64,000 nt of DNA, taken from assembly GCA_965603825.1 (NCBI GenBank), contig CBFDEM010000018.1, positions 558,001 to 622,000 on the forward strand, given 5' to 3'. This document shows, in pieces, positions 23,344 to 34,700 of this stretch (position 1 is the stretch's first letter; each line of letters begins with the position of its first letter). The position numbers were made by a program, and so were the translations under genes. The stretch comes from Blepharisma stoltei ATCC 30299 (Eukaryota; Protista; Ciliophora). A model generated the notes under the pieces. It saw only the letters and a list, made by a program, of their open reading frames with translations, was not told the origin of the DNA and ran no database searches.

Positions 23344-25737
23344 TTAAGAAGCAGCTTTAGCTATTATTGATTGCATATGTTGGAAATCTTTTTCAAGTGC
23401 TTGAAGATCATGCTTTAGCTCCTCCACCCTCTTCTTTCTCACTTCAAGGTCGGTATTTAGTTGAGTGCTATTAACAATTCCAGTCTCTTGCTTATGCTTC
23501 ATAAATCCTGACCTCACCTCTTCTTGCTCCAATTTCTGCTTGTGGAGCTCTTTCCTTTGTGCATCGAGCGACTTGGCAAGATCGTCACGTTGTCCTTGCA
23601 GTGCCAACTTTTCAGCCAAAATAAACTTCAGCTTCTCTTTTGTATGAGTCAAAATTTGTACTGTAGTTTCAATTTTCTTTCTCAATTTGTGGAGCTCTTC
23701 ATTTCTTTCTTCTATTTTCTCATTAAGCGTTTGGTTTTCTATTTTAAGCTGTTCATAATCAATAAGATGCAGCCCTTCTGCTAACTTTTCTTTATCCTTG
23801 CTTTGTTCTTCCAGCTTCATAAGCCTATTTTTCAGAGTAATATTCTGTATCCTCACTTCTTGAAGAGTTTTATCCCTTTCACTCTCCGCGTTTTCCCACT
23901 CATCAATCGTCCTCTTCGTTATCGGCTTTCCAGTTCTGCTGAACTCTGCCCCTTTTGCGACCTCTCTCTTAAAATCTCTAAAATAGTTCTGTATTTCTTT
24001 GCACCTCTCTTGCTTCTCTATGATATTTTCCTCATACACTTGAGCCCAGTTGTTATAAGTGTCTTGCAGTTCTTGCATTTTGAAGTCAACTTGATGCACA
24101 TTTGCCAGCGTATTTAAATATTTATGCAAAGTCATAGAGTCCTCAGTCGTTTTTTCTTGGAGTCCTCCCATTTTTTGCCGAATTCCGATGACTCGTTTTT
24201 CTAGATCTGCGTTTTCGTTTCTCAGTCCTCTTTGGCCTTCCATGAGGTCAATTATAGAGTTCATGAGCTCTTCTTTTACGAGCTCTTGGGACTCTTCAGG
24301 CTCATCTTCTTTTTCGCTTTTCAGCGACAGCTGGGACTCATTTTCGTCGGCTTCGTTTTTTTCTTTGGATGATACTACTGATCCTTTTGCTTCTGGGGTG
24401 AGGACTTGAGAACCACTGAGCTTTTGCTGAGATCCTCGAGCTACTGAAGATGTAGCACTCTGAGGTGGCTCATTCTCTTGGGCAATTCTAAGTTTTTCCA
24501 GCTCTTGGAGCTCTTTTCGCTGCTGCTCTCTAGTAATATATCGTTGGTTCGCTTCGACGTTTTCTACCTTTCTCTTTTCTTCTTCGTATTCTTTTTGTCT
24601 CTGCTGAAGCATGGCTTTTCTTTCTCCTGATTTTGCTTCTTCGTATAAGTGGCGAGGGTCTGGGAAGATTTCAAGCCTCATTCTTTGGACGAGCTCTAAA
24701 TGGTCTACTTTTACCTTTTCGTTGGACTCAACTCCATAAGGGATCGTGTTTGGGTTGCCTCTTACATAGATTTCGACATAATTCAGGCCTTTACCTTCTG
24801 CATCATACTGTATGCCTTCAGGGAAGTTAAAGGAAATGGTGAATTCTTGGTTACTGACGTCGAATTCTATTTGAGATGGGCTGACTATGGCTTTTTCTTT
24901 TAAGTTTTGGGCATCTACAACTCTCAAGGCGTAGACTCCAATATTGGCTCTTTTCATGAGTCCTCTTACGTAGATCCCTGAGTCTTTTTTATTGATTTCA
25001 GTTATTTGCACTCCTTTGTGGCTAAAAGCATAAACAAGCACAAGTCTGAGATCTTTTGCTGCAACTCCAATACCAACGTGATTTACGCCAGGGTCCAGAA
25101 TCAAACTTCTTTTAAGCTCTACAAGCAAGCCGTGGGCGTCCACAAACGGTTCGATTAGATGTTTAGTATCAGTTGTTTCTTCCTCCAAAAAAGTGATAGC
25201 TGTGCATGAGCTGAATTTTCCAACCCCTTTTCCTTCACTAATGATTTTTTCTAAAACATCTGAGTCTTCTTCCTCTTCTAGCACGTATTTGGTGTACTCT
25301 TGAAGCGATTCTGTGGTTAGCAAGTCTAAAGTGATTTCTTCTAGGCCCACCCCGTCTTCTTGCCGAGTATTATTGATGGCCCTTAGTAACTCCCTTCGAA
25401 CTTTTCGAAGTGGATCAAGTGGAGGGAGGTTTTTATATGCAGGGATTTCGTCAAAATTGATATCGTCATCGTCGAACTCATTCTCTTCTTCTTCATTTCT
25501 TTCCTCTCCACCTTCTTCTGCATACTGATACGGCGACCCTTCTTCTTCCTCTCCATATTCCCCTGAGTATTCTCTTTGCTGGCCTTCTTGCTCCATATAG
25601 TCTCCTTCCTCTTCAGCATATTCTCCTTCTTCACCATACTCTCCTTCTTCAGCGTAGTCGCCTTCTTCCCCTTCGTAGTACTCTCCCTCTTCCTCTCCTG
25701 AAAACTGCTCTTCCTGGACTTCTTGAGGATCTTCCAT
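23344..25737 (-). CDS. CCDC96: CCDC96/CFAP184-like ciliary coiled-coil protein (DUF4201) with acidic N-terminus
   Basis: EGLHLIDYEQLKIENQTLNEKIEERNEEL...TVQILTHTKEKL signature. Confidence 0.8.
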   Translation of the reverse strand: MEDPQEVQEEQFSGEEEGEYYEGEEGDYAEEGEYGEEGEYAEEEGDYMEQEGQQREYSGEYGEEEEGSPYQYAEEGGEERNEEEENEFDDDDINFDEIPAYKNLPPLDPLRKVRRELLRAINNTRQEDGVGLEEITLDLLTTESLQEYTKYVLEEEEDSDVLEKIISEGKGVGKFSSCTAITFLEEETTDTKHLIEPFVDAHGLLVELKRSLILDPGVNHVGIGVAAKDLRLVLVYAFSHKGVQITEINKKDSGIYVRGLMKRANIGVYALRVVDAQNLKEKAIVSPSQIEFDVSNQEFTISFNFPEGIQYDAEGKGLNYVEIYVRGNPNTIPYGVESNEKVKVDHLELVQRMRLEIFPDPRHLYEEAKSGERKAMLQQRQKEYEEEKRKVENVEANQRYITREQQRKELQELEKLRIAQENEPPQSATSSVARGSQQKLSGSQVLTPEAKGSVVSSKEKNEADENESQLSLKSEKEDEPEESQELVKEELMNSIIDLMEGQRGLRNENADLEKRVIGIRQKMGGLQEKTTEDSMTLHKYLNTLANVHQVDFKMQELQDTYNNWAQVYEENIIEKQERCKEIQNYFRDFKREVAKGAEFSRTGKPITKRTIDEWENAESERDKTLQEVRIQNITLKNRLMKLEEQSKDKEKLAEGLHLIDYEQLKIENQTLNEKIEERNEELHKLRKKIETTVQILTHTKEKLKFILAEKLALQGQRDDLAKSLDAQRKELHKQKLEQEEVRSGFMKHKQETGIVNSTQLNTDLEVRKKRVEELKHDLQALEKDFQHMQSIIAKAAS
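25590..25700 (-). repeat. Imperfect ~18-bp coding tandem repeat (EEG[ED]Y[AG])
   Basis: EEGEYY-EG-EEGDYA-EEGEYG-EEGEYA-EEEGDYM. Confidence 0.75.
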
Positions 25738-25772
25738 TTTAAAAATTTAATTGAATAAGAGAAGTTACTTAA

Positions 25773-28700
25773 TTAATCGGCGTCTTCCCATCCTGCAGAA
25801 GCACTTCCGTCCAAGTCGATGGCTGAGCAGTGGGTGATTGCGTAAAGAAGTTTGTTCTTCATTGCGTCCCTGGTGGTATATGGAGGTAGATCAATGGTGA
25901 AGAAGCAAGTGTGAGTGACTGGCAAATAGTTGTTTACGGCGCCAGGCGGGTTGTACCTTGTGATCTTCATGTGTCTCCAGTCTCTTCCTGAAGGCAGTCT
26001 GGATCTTCCCCAGATGAACTTGATTAATAGAGACCTTTCTTTTTGTGACATTTCTCCAACGACGTCCCAGAAGAGCTGAATATGTGCATCATTTATGCCG
26101 CAGCTTTCATAGTCAGTGTTGCCTTTCAGAATGTCGATGTCGATGGTAGGAGCTCCACATACCAAAGTTTGGACTTGTCTCCAGCTGAATAAGTTCAAAT
26201 AGTCAAGAGGAATGACCGCGCTGATGCCTTTTCTGATCATTTCGTATGCTTTTGCACCTTCATTGAGTCTGAATTTCTCAACTAGTTCTGCGTATTCTTT
26301 GGCATCGTCAAAAGTGACTTGTCTATTGGCTCCGTTTTCAATGAGCTCGACGTCTCGGCCGCTGGTGTCCTTGGTTGTGAATTTGATATCATATGCGTCG
26401 CTGAAATTGTCCTTCGTTATTGAGTTCGCTTCGAGATTTCGCAAAATTTCTAAAATTTGGACAGTGCAGACATCAGTAGCTCTCAGATCTCTTATATCGA
26501 CTGGGTCAAGTAAAAGCCGTTTCCAGAACAGAGGGGAAAGAGATAGATTGAGGTTGTTCTGAGTTCTTATAGCTGCTCCCATGAGTTTTCCAAGGAATAG
26601 GTAAAGCTCCATATCGTTTTTGGTTTCAGCTGCAGGATTTACAATCCAGCAGTCTCGGTTTTCTCCCATGTTGTTGACATTGTTAGGAATAGGGATCAGT
26701 AATCTCAAGAAAGATGACATTAATTCGTCACACATATTGCTGATTGTTTCATTGTACGGGCCGCCTGCATCTGTTGCAGCCTCTCCTCTATAAGTGACTC
26801 TGAAGAATCTTTCTGAGTTCCTGTACTCTCTGTTGCCTTTAGTAAGCATTAGTCTATAAACTTGGCCAAAGACTGAGAACTGTCCGTTTACGTCGACATC
26901 TTTTCTGTGTCTGTGTCTTGCTGCTTTTGGCCTGTCAACTGTGATTTCAGTTCGTGACTCGCAGGCTGTCTTGGATAGTCCTTCTTTTAGCAGCCCATTC
27001 TTAAGCTTGAAGAAAATGTAATTTCTGGAGCCCATGAAGACGCGCTGGAGCTCTGTCATGCTTGAGTAAGACTCAACATGGAGATTAAAGAGGTAGAGCA
27101 AGTTCTCTATTCTTGAGTTGAAATTGACCAAGATCTTATAAAGCTCAGTAATGTCGTCTTTAGAGAGCCTTTCCAATTCAGGGTAATAAATAAGTTCATC
27201 TGCGGTAGGATTCAGATTTTCTGGGGTCAGCTGTAAAACTTCAAGACCTTTAGCTTGAGTCATTTCATCAAGATAAATAACAAGTTGATCAGCAGCTCCT
27301 GACTTGAAAAGCTGAAGGAATTTAGCCCTGTACCCATCTTTCCACTCTTTTTGAGTCTCTTCACTTAAGAAGCTGAGAATTGACTCTGTGATCTTTGCAT
27401 TTCTTCCTCTGAATGAAGGTACAACCTTGACTTTGTATCCCCACTCCTCTTTATCAGGTGCTTCTACTGGATTCAAGATATCGATTTCATTCGGGATGTT
27501 TGGATCTGCTATTATAGCAAGTGATTGATTTTGGACAGTTAAAACAGCCCCAAATTTGTAAGTTTCTCCAATTGCTATGTTTTCATTTATAAAGCGTATC
27601 AAGAAGATGCCATTTTTGAAGAACATGATTTGCTTTGCTTCCATGTCAATATAGCAGCCAATGGTGTCTCCAGTAGTAAAGCCATCTGTCCCAGAATCAT
27701 GTGAAGATATTTTTCCAGTCGAATAATAAATCGCTTGTCTTTGGTCTTCTGCCTTATTTTCTTCAATGGAACTCTGGTGGAAGAATCCTACTCCGACTTC
27801 TTCTTCTGAGCAAATTTTTACTTCAGCGTAGTGTCTTCCATTTTCAACTCTTGCAGTTGTTGAATGTATGGTTTGGCCTTCACCTGTCTTCGAAATCGTA
27901 AGCTCATCTGCGCTTTTCACAGAATTAGTATTGCCTTCCCAGAAATACCGGCTGGTAAAGCCTTTATTGATAGGGAACCACAAGTAGACTGAACTTCCAG
28001 CTACTTCGATTTTCTTGTCGCTCATGCTTGCATTTCCAGCTGAAGAAACCTGCTCGACTGACCTGATAGTCACTAGCTGGTTGGAGCCGCCAAAGCATAT
28101 GACTGGGACGACGGCATCAGCGATATCAGTGAACTTGTAGACTTCAACGTCATTTTTGAAAAAAGTGAGGACCTTAGAGTTCATGTCAATCTGCATGCCG
28201 ACTAAATCTCCAGTTGTATAGCTTGGCTGACCGTCTTGGCTACTTCCTTTCTTGCAGAACTCCCCTGAGATCTTCCAACTCCAGACTGGGGTAGGTGAGT
28301 CTGTGCCTATATATGTGCTTAGAGAGTATTCCTCTCCAGCTTTGAAAACTCCAATGTACAGGTAGGTGCTATCTCCTGAGTTGTCGATATAGAACTTAAT
28401 AGTTGTCACTTTGCTTGAGTAGGTTTCGTTCCACAGGGCACATCCCCATCCGCTGGAGTTGGTTCGTGTCACTGTCATGTTATTGTTGGAGAATGAAATA
28501 TCTGGGCCTTTTGGATCGTTTGCCCATTTGGCGTCCTTAAGCTGCCTAATAGAAGTGAAGTCTTGGGCGTTTTTCAGTCCTGCTTCATCATATGATAAGT
28601 AAATATCATCATATGGAAGCACCTTGGTCTGAGGATCGAAATCAAGTGTTAATGAGCTGGCTCCTTGGATTTCTAGTAAGTTCTTTTTCATGATTCTTTC

Positions 28701-31700
28701 ATAAGGATGGCTTGACTCAAATATCTTTTCAAGGGCATTTACCTTAGTTCTGAAATTCTCGAATAAAAAGTCTTCAAGCGAAGCATCCTTGTCAGCAAGT
28801 CCTTTCATATCTGAAAGAAGTTCGCAGAAGTCGACAAACCAATTCTCGTTGATGTCAATTTGATACCTATCTTTATTTTGTGCGAGCAACAAGATAAGGG
28901 CTTGCAAGAGCGGGTGACTAGACTTTGCTGACTTATTTGCGTTGTAAAGGGTTGTGGCTTCTTGCAGGAGAAGCTGCAATATATTTTTCATAGTTGAGTG
29001 CTGCTGTCCTCTAAGAAGTTTGCGAATGATATCAATGGCTTTGCATTTTTCATCAGTCTGACTTGCTGTAAGAGAGAATAAGAATAAAGGTTGAATCAGT
29101 CTTGGAGACAGTGAAAGCTCCAAGCCGTTGTCTAGCTCAGCAATTTTCGCGATTTTTTCAAGCATCCAGAGAGCAGAATCTGGCCTTTCAACTGAATCTC
29201 CAGAAGTAGAGCCGACAGGAATTACAGTGAATTTATAGCCCCAGTAGTGGACAGACCCATCTGAATGGAAATAAGTATAAACAGTATCTCCAGGAACGTC
29301 AAGAGGCTTCCATACTGATTCTCCTTGTCCTGTATAGCAAGCTAGCTCTCCGCTTCTATTAGGACCTTCGTAGAACCTCAGCTGGTCGCAGTTGTTTTCT
29401 GTGTAGCATTGAGAGTCAAACTCGATTCTGAGTGCCCTTGCCCCGCGAATAGAAATTACGTCGTCAACGTTCATATTGTCTTCATAAGGGTGGTTGCTTT
29501 CGATAATTAAAGACGCCAGCATTCCTCCGATTGCATCTGAAGGCTGAATGCAGTATTTGAGAAGCTTCTCAAGCGACTCCTTGACGACTTCTTCCCTGAA
29601 TTTAACCAGAGAACTGTTACCAAGAAGTACATCAAAGGAGTTGCTTAGCATGTTCAAGTCTTCTCCAAGGAAGTCAACAACTTTTCCGAACCCTTCTTTA
29701 TCTGAAAGAGAAAGCAAATAGGTTTCTGAGGCCTTAAGTAAGCTTAATAGTAGCTTTTTTGATGATTTTTGAAGTCTGCTTTCTTCAACCCTCCAGAGTT
29801 TGCTGAACAGTTCCATGACTGATAATTGGTCGTATTTCACTTCTTCCTCTTTTCCAGCTACCTTCTTTTCTCCGCCTTCAAATTGATCCACAATTCCAAA
29901 TGCGGAAGCTGTGGCACTGACTGAGCTGAAAGGAGTGATAAAACAGTCGAGCAAGCTTTGCTGGTATTTTACAGCCACAAATATATAGTAGTTTTTCTCA
30001 TTTTTAGGTGCTACGTTCAGAGCTTTTCCTTCTTTATCACAAATAAGCAAAAATCCTCTAGGAACTTGCACAGAGTGGACTTTGGCAGTTTTGATCAAGG
30101 CAATGTCTTTGATTGAAGTCTCTTTTTTGGAGATAGGAGAAATCTTGGCCCATACAGGGAGGCTGCGATCATTAGCTGTTGAAATTGCGAATTCGCCTAG
30201 GTTTTCAGCATCTCTAATGGATTCTCCAATGCAGAATCCAGTACATACGTTGCCTTCAGTCAATTTTTCTTTCTTGAAAGCCAAGATTTTGCGATTAGGG
30301 ATGTCGTACTCAATTGCTTTACCATCTTCATAAACAGGCGCTACAATAAATCCTTTAGGCACATCAGCCAAGGTATCAAAGAGCTTGACACTAATAATGC
30401 TTTCATAGATCAAGGACAGAGTTTCTCCGCTCATTGATTTTTGGTCATGGTTTGCATATAAATAATTAATTGCAGATAATAAATCGTCATTTTTTCCTAG
30501 TGCTTCAGTTATTTGCTCGTCAGAGTAGCCCATCATCCTGAGTCTCAGCCTATCATTTGAGTCTTTTTTGCACTTCACAGTTACGTAGTTTTCTCCTCCA
30601 GCATTAGGAGCTGCTTTGTTGTACTTATTTTTGAAGGCTCCTTCATATTTTCCGTCATGAATTTCAAATGCTAGCAAGCTTGCTGATTCCCCTTCCATCA
30701 TAAAAAGTCCAAATTTGCCGAGTTCTAGGCCATTAAAAACTGAATTCGAATGCACATCAGTGTGGCTTGTCCCATAAACCACTGACAGATATCCAGAGGG
30801 TTTCGAAAAAATCCTCAATTCGACAGGCTGTGATAAATTGACCTCGCACGCAATGTCTCCATTGACCATAAGGCAAGCGAAGCCAGGATCTTGAGTGATC
30901 CTTAGTTCTAAGTCTCCTAATTTGAGCCCATAATTAAGCTGGTCACCAGATGGAGTTCCTTCTAATGCAGCCAAAAATGTGAGGGAAGAACAGAAAGTTT
31001 CAAGATTATGGAATATGGTGGCAGGAATGGATGCTGTGATTTCTTTTCTGAGTGCTGAGTCACCTGAGTTTGAGATAACAAAGTGGCTTTGCTTGTTTTG
31101 GAAAATTTCTGCATGGCCCTCAGGGTCCTTTGTTTGGAAATTAATGCCGCCAAGGCTGTACAGAACTCCTAAAGATGCCTTTTGCTCTTTTGCTGGGTCT
31201 TGATAGGAAAGGATCTTATCCATTTCTTTGATGCCTTGCTCAAAACATTTGACGATTCTTAAGACTGGGATGTCAAGCGAGAGGAGTTCAGTTGCAAGAA
31301 TTTGGTCCTCTTCTTTCATCTGGGCGAGCTTAGCCATTGCTTGCTCTTCAGTCATTTCTTTTTCTTCTTCCTCTTCAGCCTGCACATTTTTCTTGAGCTT
31401 CTTATTAATTTCAGTCATAATTGTGCTATACAAGTCTCTGGAAAAGTTCTGGCTTACATTTTTCTTTTTAATAACCAGTCTTAGGACATCTTCAATTTCT
31501 GACTCATTTGCCATATCTTTTTTCTCAAAGAGATCAGAAATGCATAAAAGTGCATACATATCAATTTTGGTGTAGAGTACTCTCAGCTCTCCTAGCATGT
31601 CTGCTTTACCTTTAAGCGGTTTTTCGTAAGATTCTTGCAGCGCTTTCCAGAAGTCCATGACGGATCTAGCTAGATTCTTTTTCTCATCTAAACTTAGCTC

Positions 31701-34700
31701 TGTATAAAAGTTATTCGTTACATACGGTTCTACTGCTTCAATATTTGCTTCAGGCTCAATCAGTTCAGAGTCTTCTACAACTGAATAGACAGTGATATTA
31801 ACTCCATCAATATTCTTTATAGTTCCTTGGGCGAAGTTGCTTGATTTTAGTTTAATTCTGGAGAGCTCTAAAGGCACACTGTCAACTTGGTCATTGTTTT
31901 TAGCAGAACTTCCTAAGAAATAAAGCACTCCAATATGGCTCAGATCAAGAGGAGTTCCAGAAATTAAAGAAGAGACTGCTTTTTGCAAGCTTTCAATTAC
32001 TTTGTCAAGTATATGAGCTCTCCACCTTTCAACGGCACCAAGAGCTAATATTAAGCTGATAATCTCATATCCCCATCTATAAAGAGCTTTTTGGTGCTCT
32101 TTTTGCCCATACCAAAAGCTAGCTTTGCCGAGTTTATTGAAAAGCAAAGTGGTGAAGTCAAGCTTGCGCTCTGTTAAAGGTAAATATTTGGTGAGATTGT
32201 CCCATGCTTTGGAAAATGATTGAGGAGAGTGCTGACCTGGAAGTACTTTGGCAAGGATTCTTGCACCTATTAAGATGGTGTTTTCAGATGAACTGAGGAA
32301 GGTAAGCTTGAGAAGCTCTTCCAAATATTCTTCTCTTGCCAAAACCGATACGATGCAATTAGAGCCAAAGCAGCCATAGAGTGTCCATAATAATGACCCA
32401 ATATAGTTGGACTGCCCTTTCCTTTCTTTCAAAATTTCCTCACAAGAAGCTGGCAGGTCATCATAAATCCTAAAGACTTCTTGAAGCTCATTATAGTAGC
32501 TTTCGAATTTCTGCTGATTTCTAATAATTGCATGGAGAGTCACATACAAATCAAGGTTTTGTGATGAGTTTTTGAATTCATTCGGAGTTTTCTCGTCCAA
32601 TTGTGATTTGTCAACAATTCCTGGTGTTTCAGACTGCACAAATCTTTCCAAAATCTGCGTAAAAGAATTCTCATCAGTCCTCGTCAGTCTTGCTGCAATG
32701 ATTTCTTGGATCCTCGAAATGTTGCTCATATCATAGTCTCTTGAAGCTGTATAAAAGTCTTCAGGGAGTGTCTGCCACAGTTTAGAGTTTTCTATATATT
32801 CTTGGACATCCAGTGGGAAGTCTCCAGCCAAGCTCCTCAACACCCTCAAATATCTGAAAAAGTCAAATTCTCCTTTGTAGTTCTTGTTCTCTTCAAATGA
32901 TTGTAAAGTGGATGCAATGACTTCGTCGACATAGACAAGGTCATTGTGAGTAAGGACTCCCTTCATTGCAGGGTCAGCTTTTTCTACAAATTCATTGATC
33001 ACGTCTTTGATCACAAAGTCTTCATAGTGCTCAATCTCAAATTTAAACTGCCTGAGCCATTCCACCATCGGGTTTTTCTGGTACCCTTTGGGAACTAGCA
33101 TTTGTCCAATCCAAGGAGACCCACTGCTGAGTTTGCCGATTTTGAAATCTTCTGAGTCTGGCTGATGCAAAGTGTCATCCCATTTGAGCTCAACAAAGAG
33201 GACTCTGACGAAAAGTTCCTGGACAAGGATTTTTTTGGATTCGTTATATTCATTCATGGAGCCTACAATTGAGTACATAAGAATTTTGAATAGCGACCAA
33301 GCGCTCTTGCTGAGTCTTTCTTTCAGCCTTTCTCTTTCCTTTTTCTCTTCAGCTGGCTCTGAAGCAGCAATTTCATCCCAAGAAGTAAAGGTAGGATTGC
33401 TAAGGTCAGGAATATCAGTCAGATACTTCCCGTCACTTCGCGGGTCTTCTCTTTTGACCATGATATACTTGGTTTGTCCTGCAATTACGATAGGCCCTGT
33501 TGCATCTTCATAGTCTTCTAGCTGAGAATCAGAAATGATAAGCTCAGATATTGGTAGCACATTTTCGCCTCCTTTATCCAAAGAAATTCAGGTTTCTGTT
33601 CCTTCTTCAGTTCTGTTTGCTAGAATCTTGGCGGATTGGATGCCTGATGAGTCTCCTTCAAAAACGCCGAGCCTTGTGATGCACTTGTTGAGTTGGAATG
33701 GTCTGTTGATGACTTCTTCACCAACATGTCCTTTGGCCCAACTGAGAAGAATGTTTACAGTTGAGGTCAGCTGCAGCTCGAGGATCATATAAGCGTCAAC
33801 GCCTCTGAGAGGGCTGCTCATTGCTTCTAAGACACTTAAATAGTGGTTGTATGCATGCAGTGTGAGTGGTCTTTGTCTTGATCTAATTAGTTCTTTTTGT
33901 AGAAGTCCAAAGATCTGGTAGAATGATTTTTGGACTATTGAGAGCAAGCAAGGATCAACTCCTTCTAAGCTATGCCAATAATGCTTCTTTGTTCCTTTAC
34001 TTCTCAAAGAGTCTCCAAAAGCTCTGATCAAATTAGTTTCTTGTCTTGGAGAAATATTGACAAAATTTGCCAGTGAAAGATATCCAAGGACTCTTGCGAT
34101 TGCTCTTGTTCTTCTCTGATCCAACAAATCAACAATTTTTTCAACAGAGCAAGGCGATTCTAAGAAGCTATTGACTAACTCTTGTACCCTTCCAAATTCT
34201 TTCATGTCATCATTTTCATCTCCACCTGATTTTGACGAAATAGTAAGCAAATTTTTTAGAGTTGAGGCAACTCCAACAGCTTCTTTAAGGATGTTCCATT
34301 TACTATCTTCTTTCACTTTCACTTTATCACTCTTTTGAGCCTTTACTACAGATGACAATAAGTGTCTCATGACTTTGCTGACACCAAGCTCATTAAGAGA
34401 AAGCTTATATTCAGACCCAAGCAAAATGGTGCATTTTTTGACGATGTCAAGGCAAATGTCTGTATAAGTGATGTCGGGGTTTCCTTTGTCCATCAATAAT
34501 TGCTTATGCTTCTGTGCCCATCCTCTGATAAGGTTAGTTTGCTTTACAATGTTTTTGAGGGTGATTCCAATATCTGAAGGATTGTGGAACAGTTTTGAGA
34601 CTGTATCGACCATTTCAAAGAAGGCAGTGTAAACTGCAAAGACTGCTCTTTCAGCTTGGTCCATTTCGGAACCACCAATATTTGTGGCAGGCCCGACGAC

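Noticed and set aside
33588-33590. TGA as selenocysteine
   Set aside because: Where the position can be judged, TGAs align to Trp rather than Cys, occur in non-redox proteins, and 3' UTRs are too short for SECIS elements.
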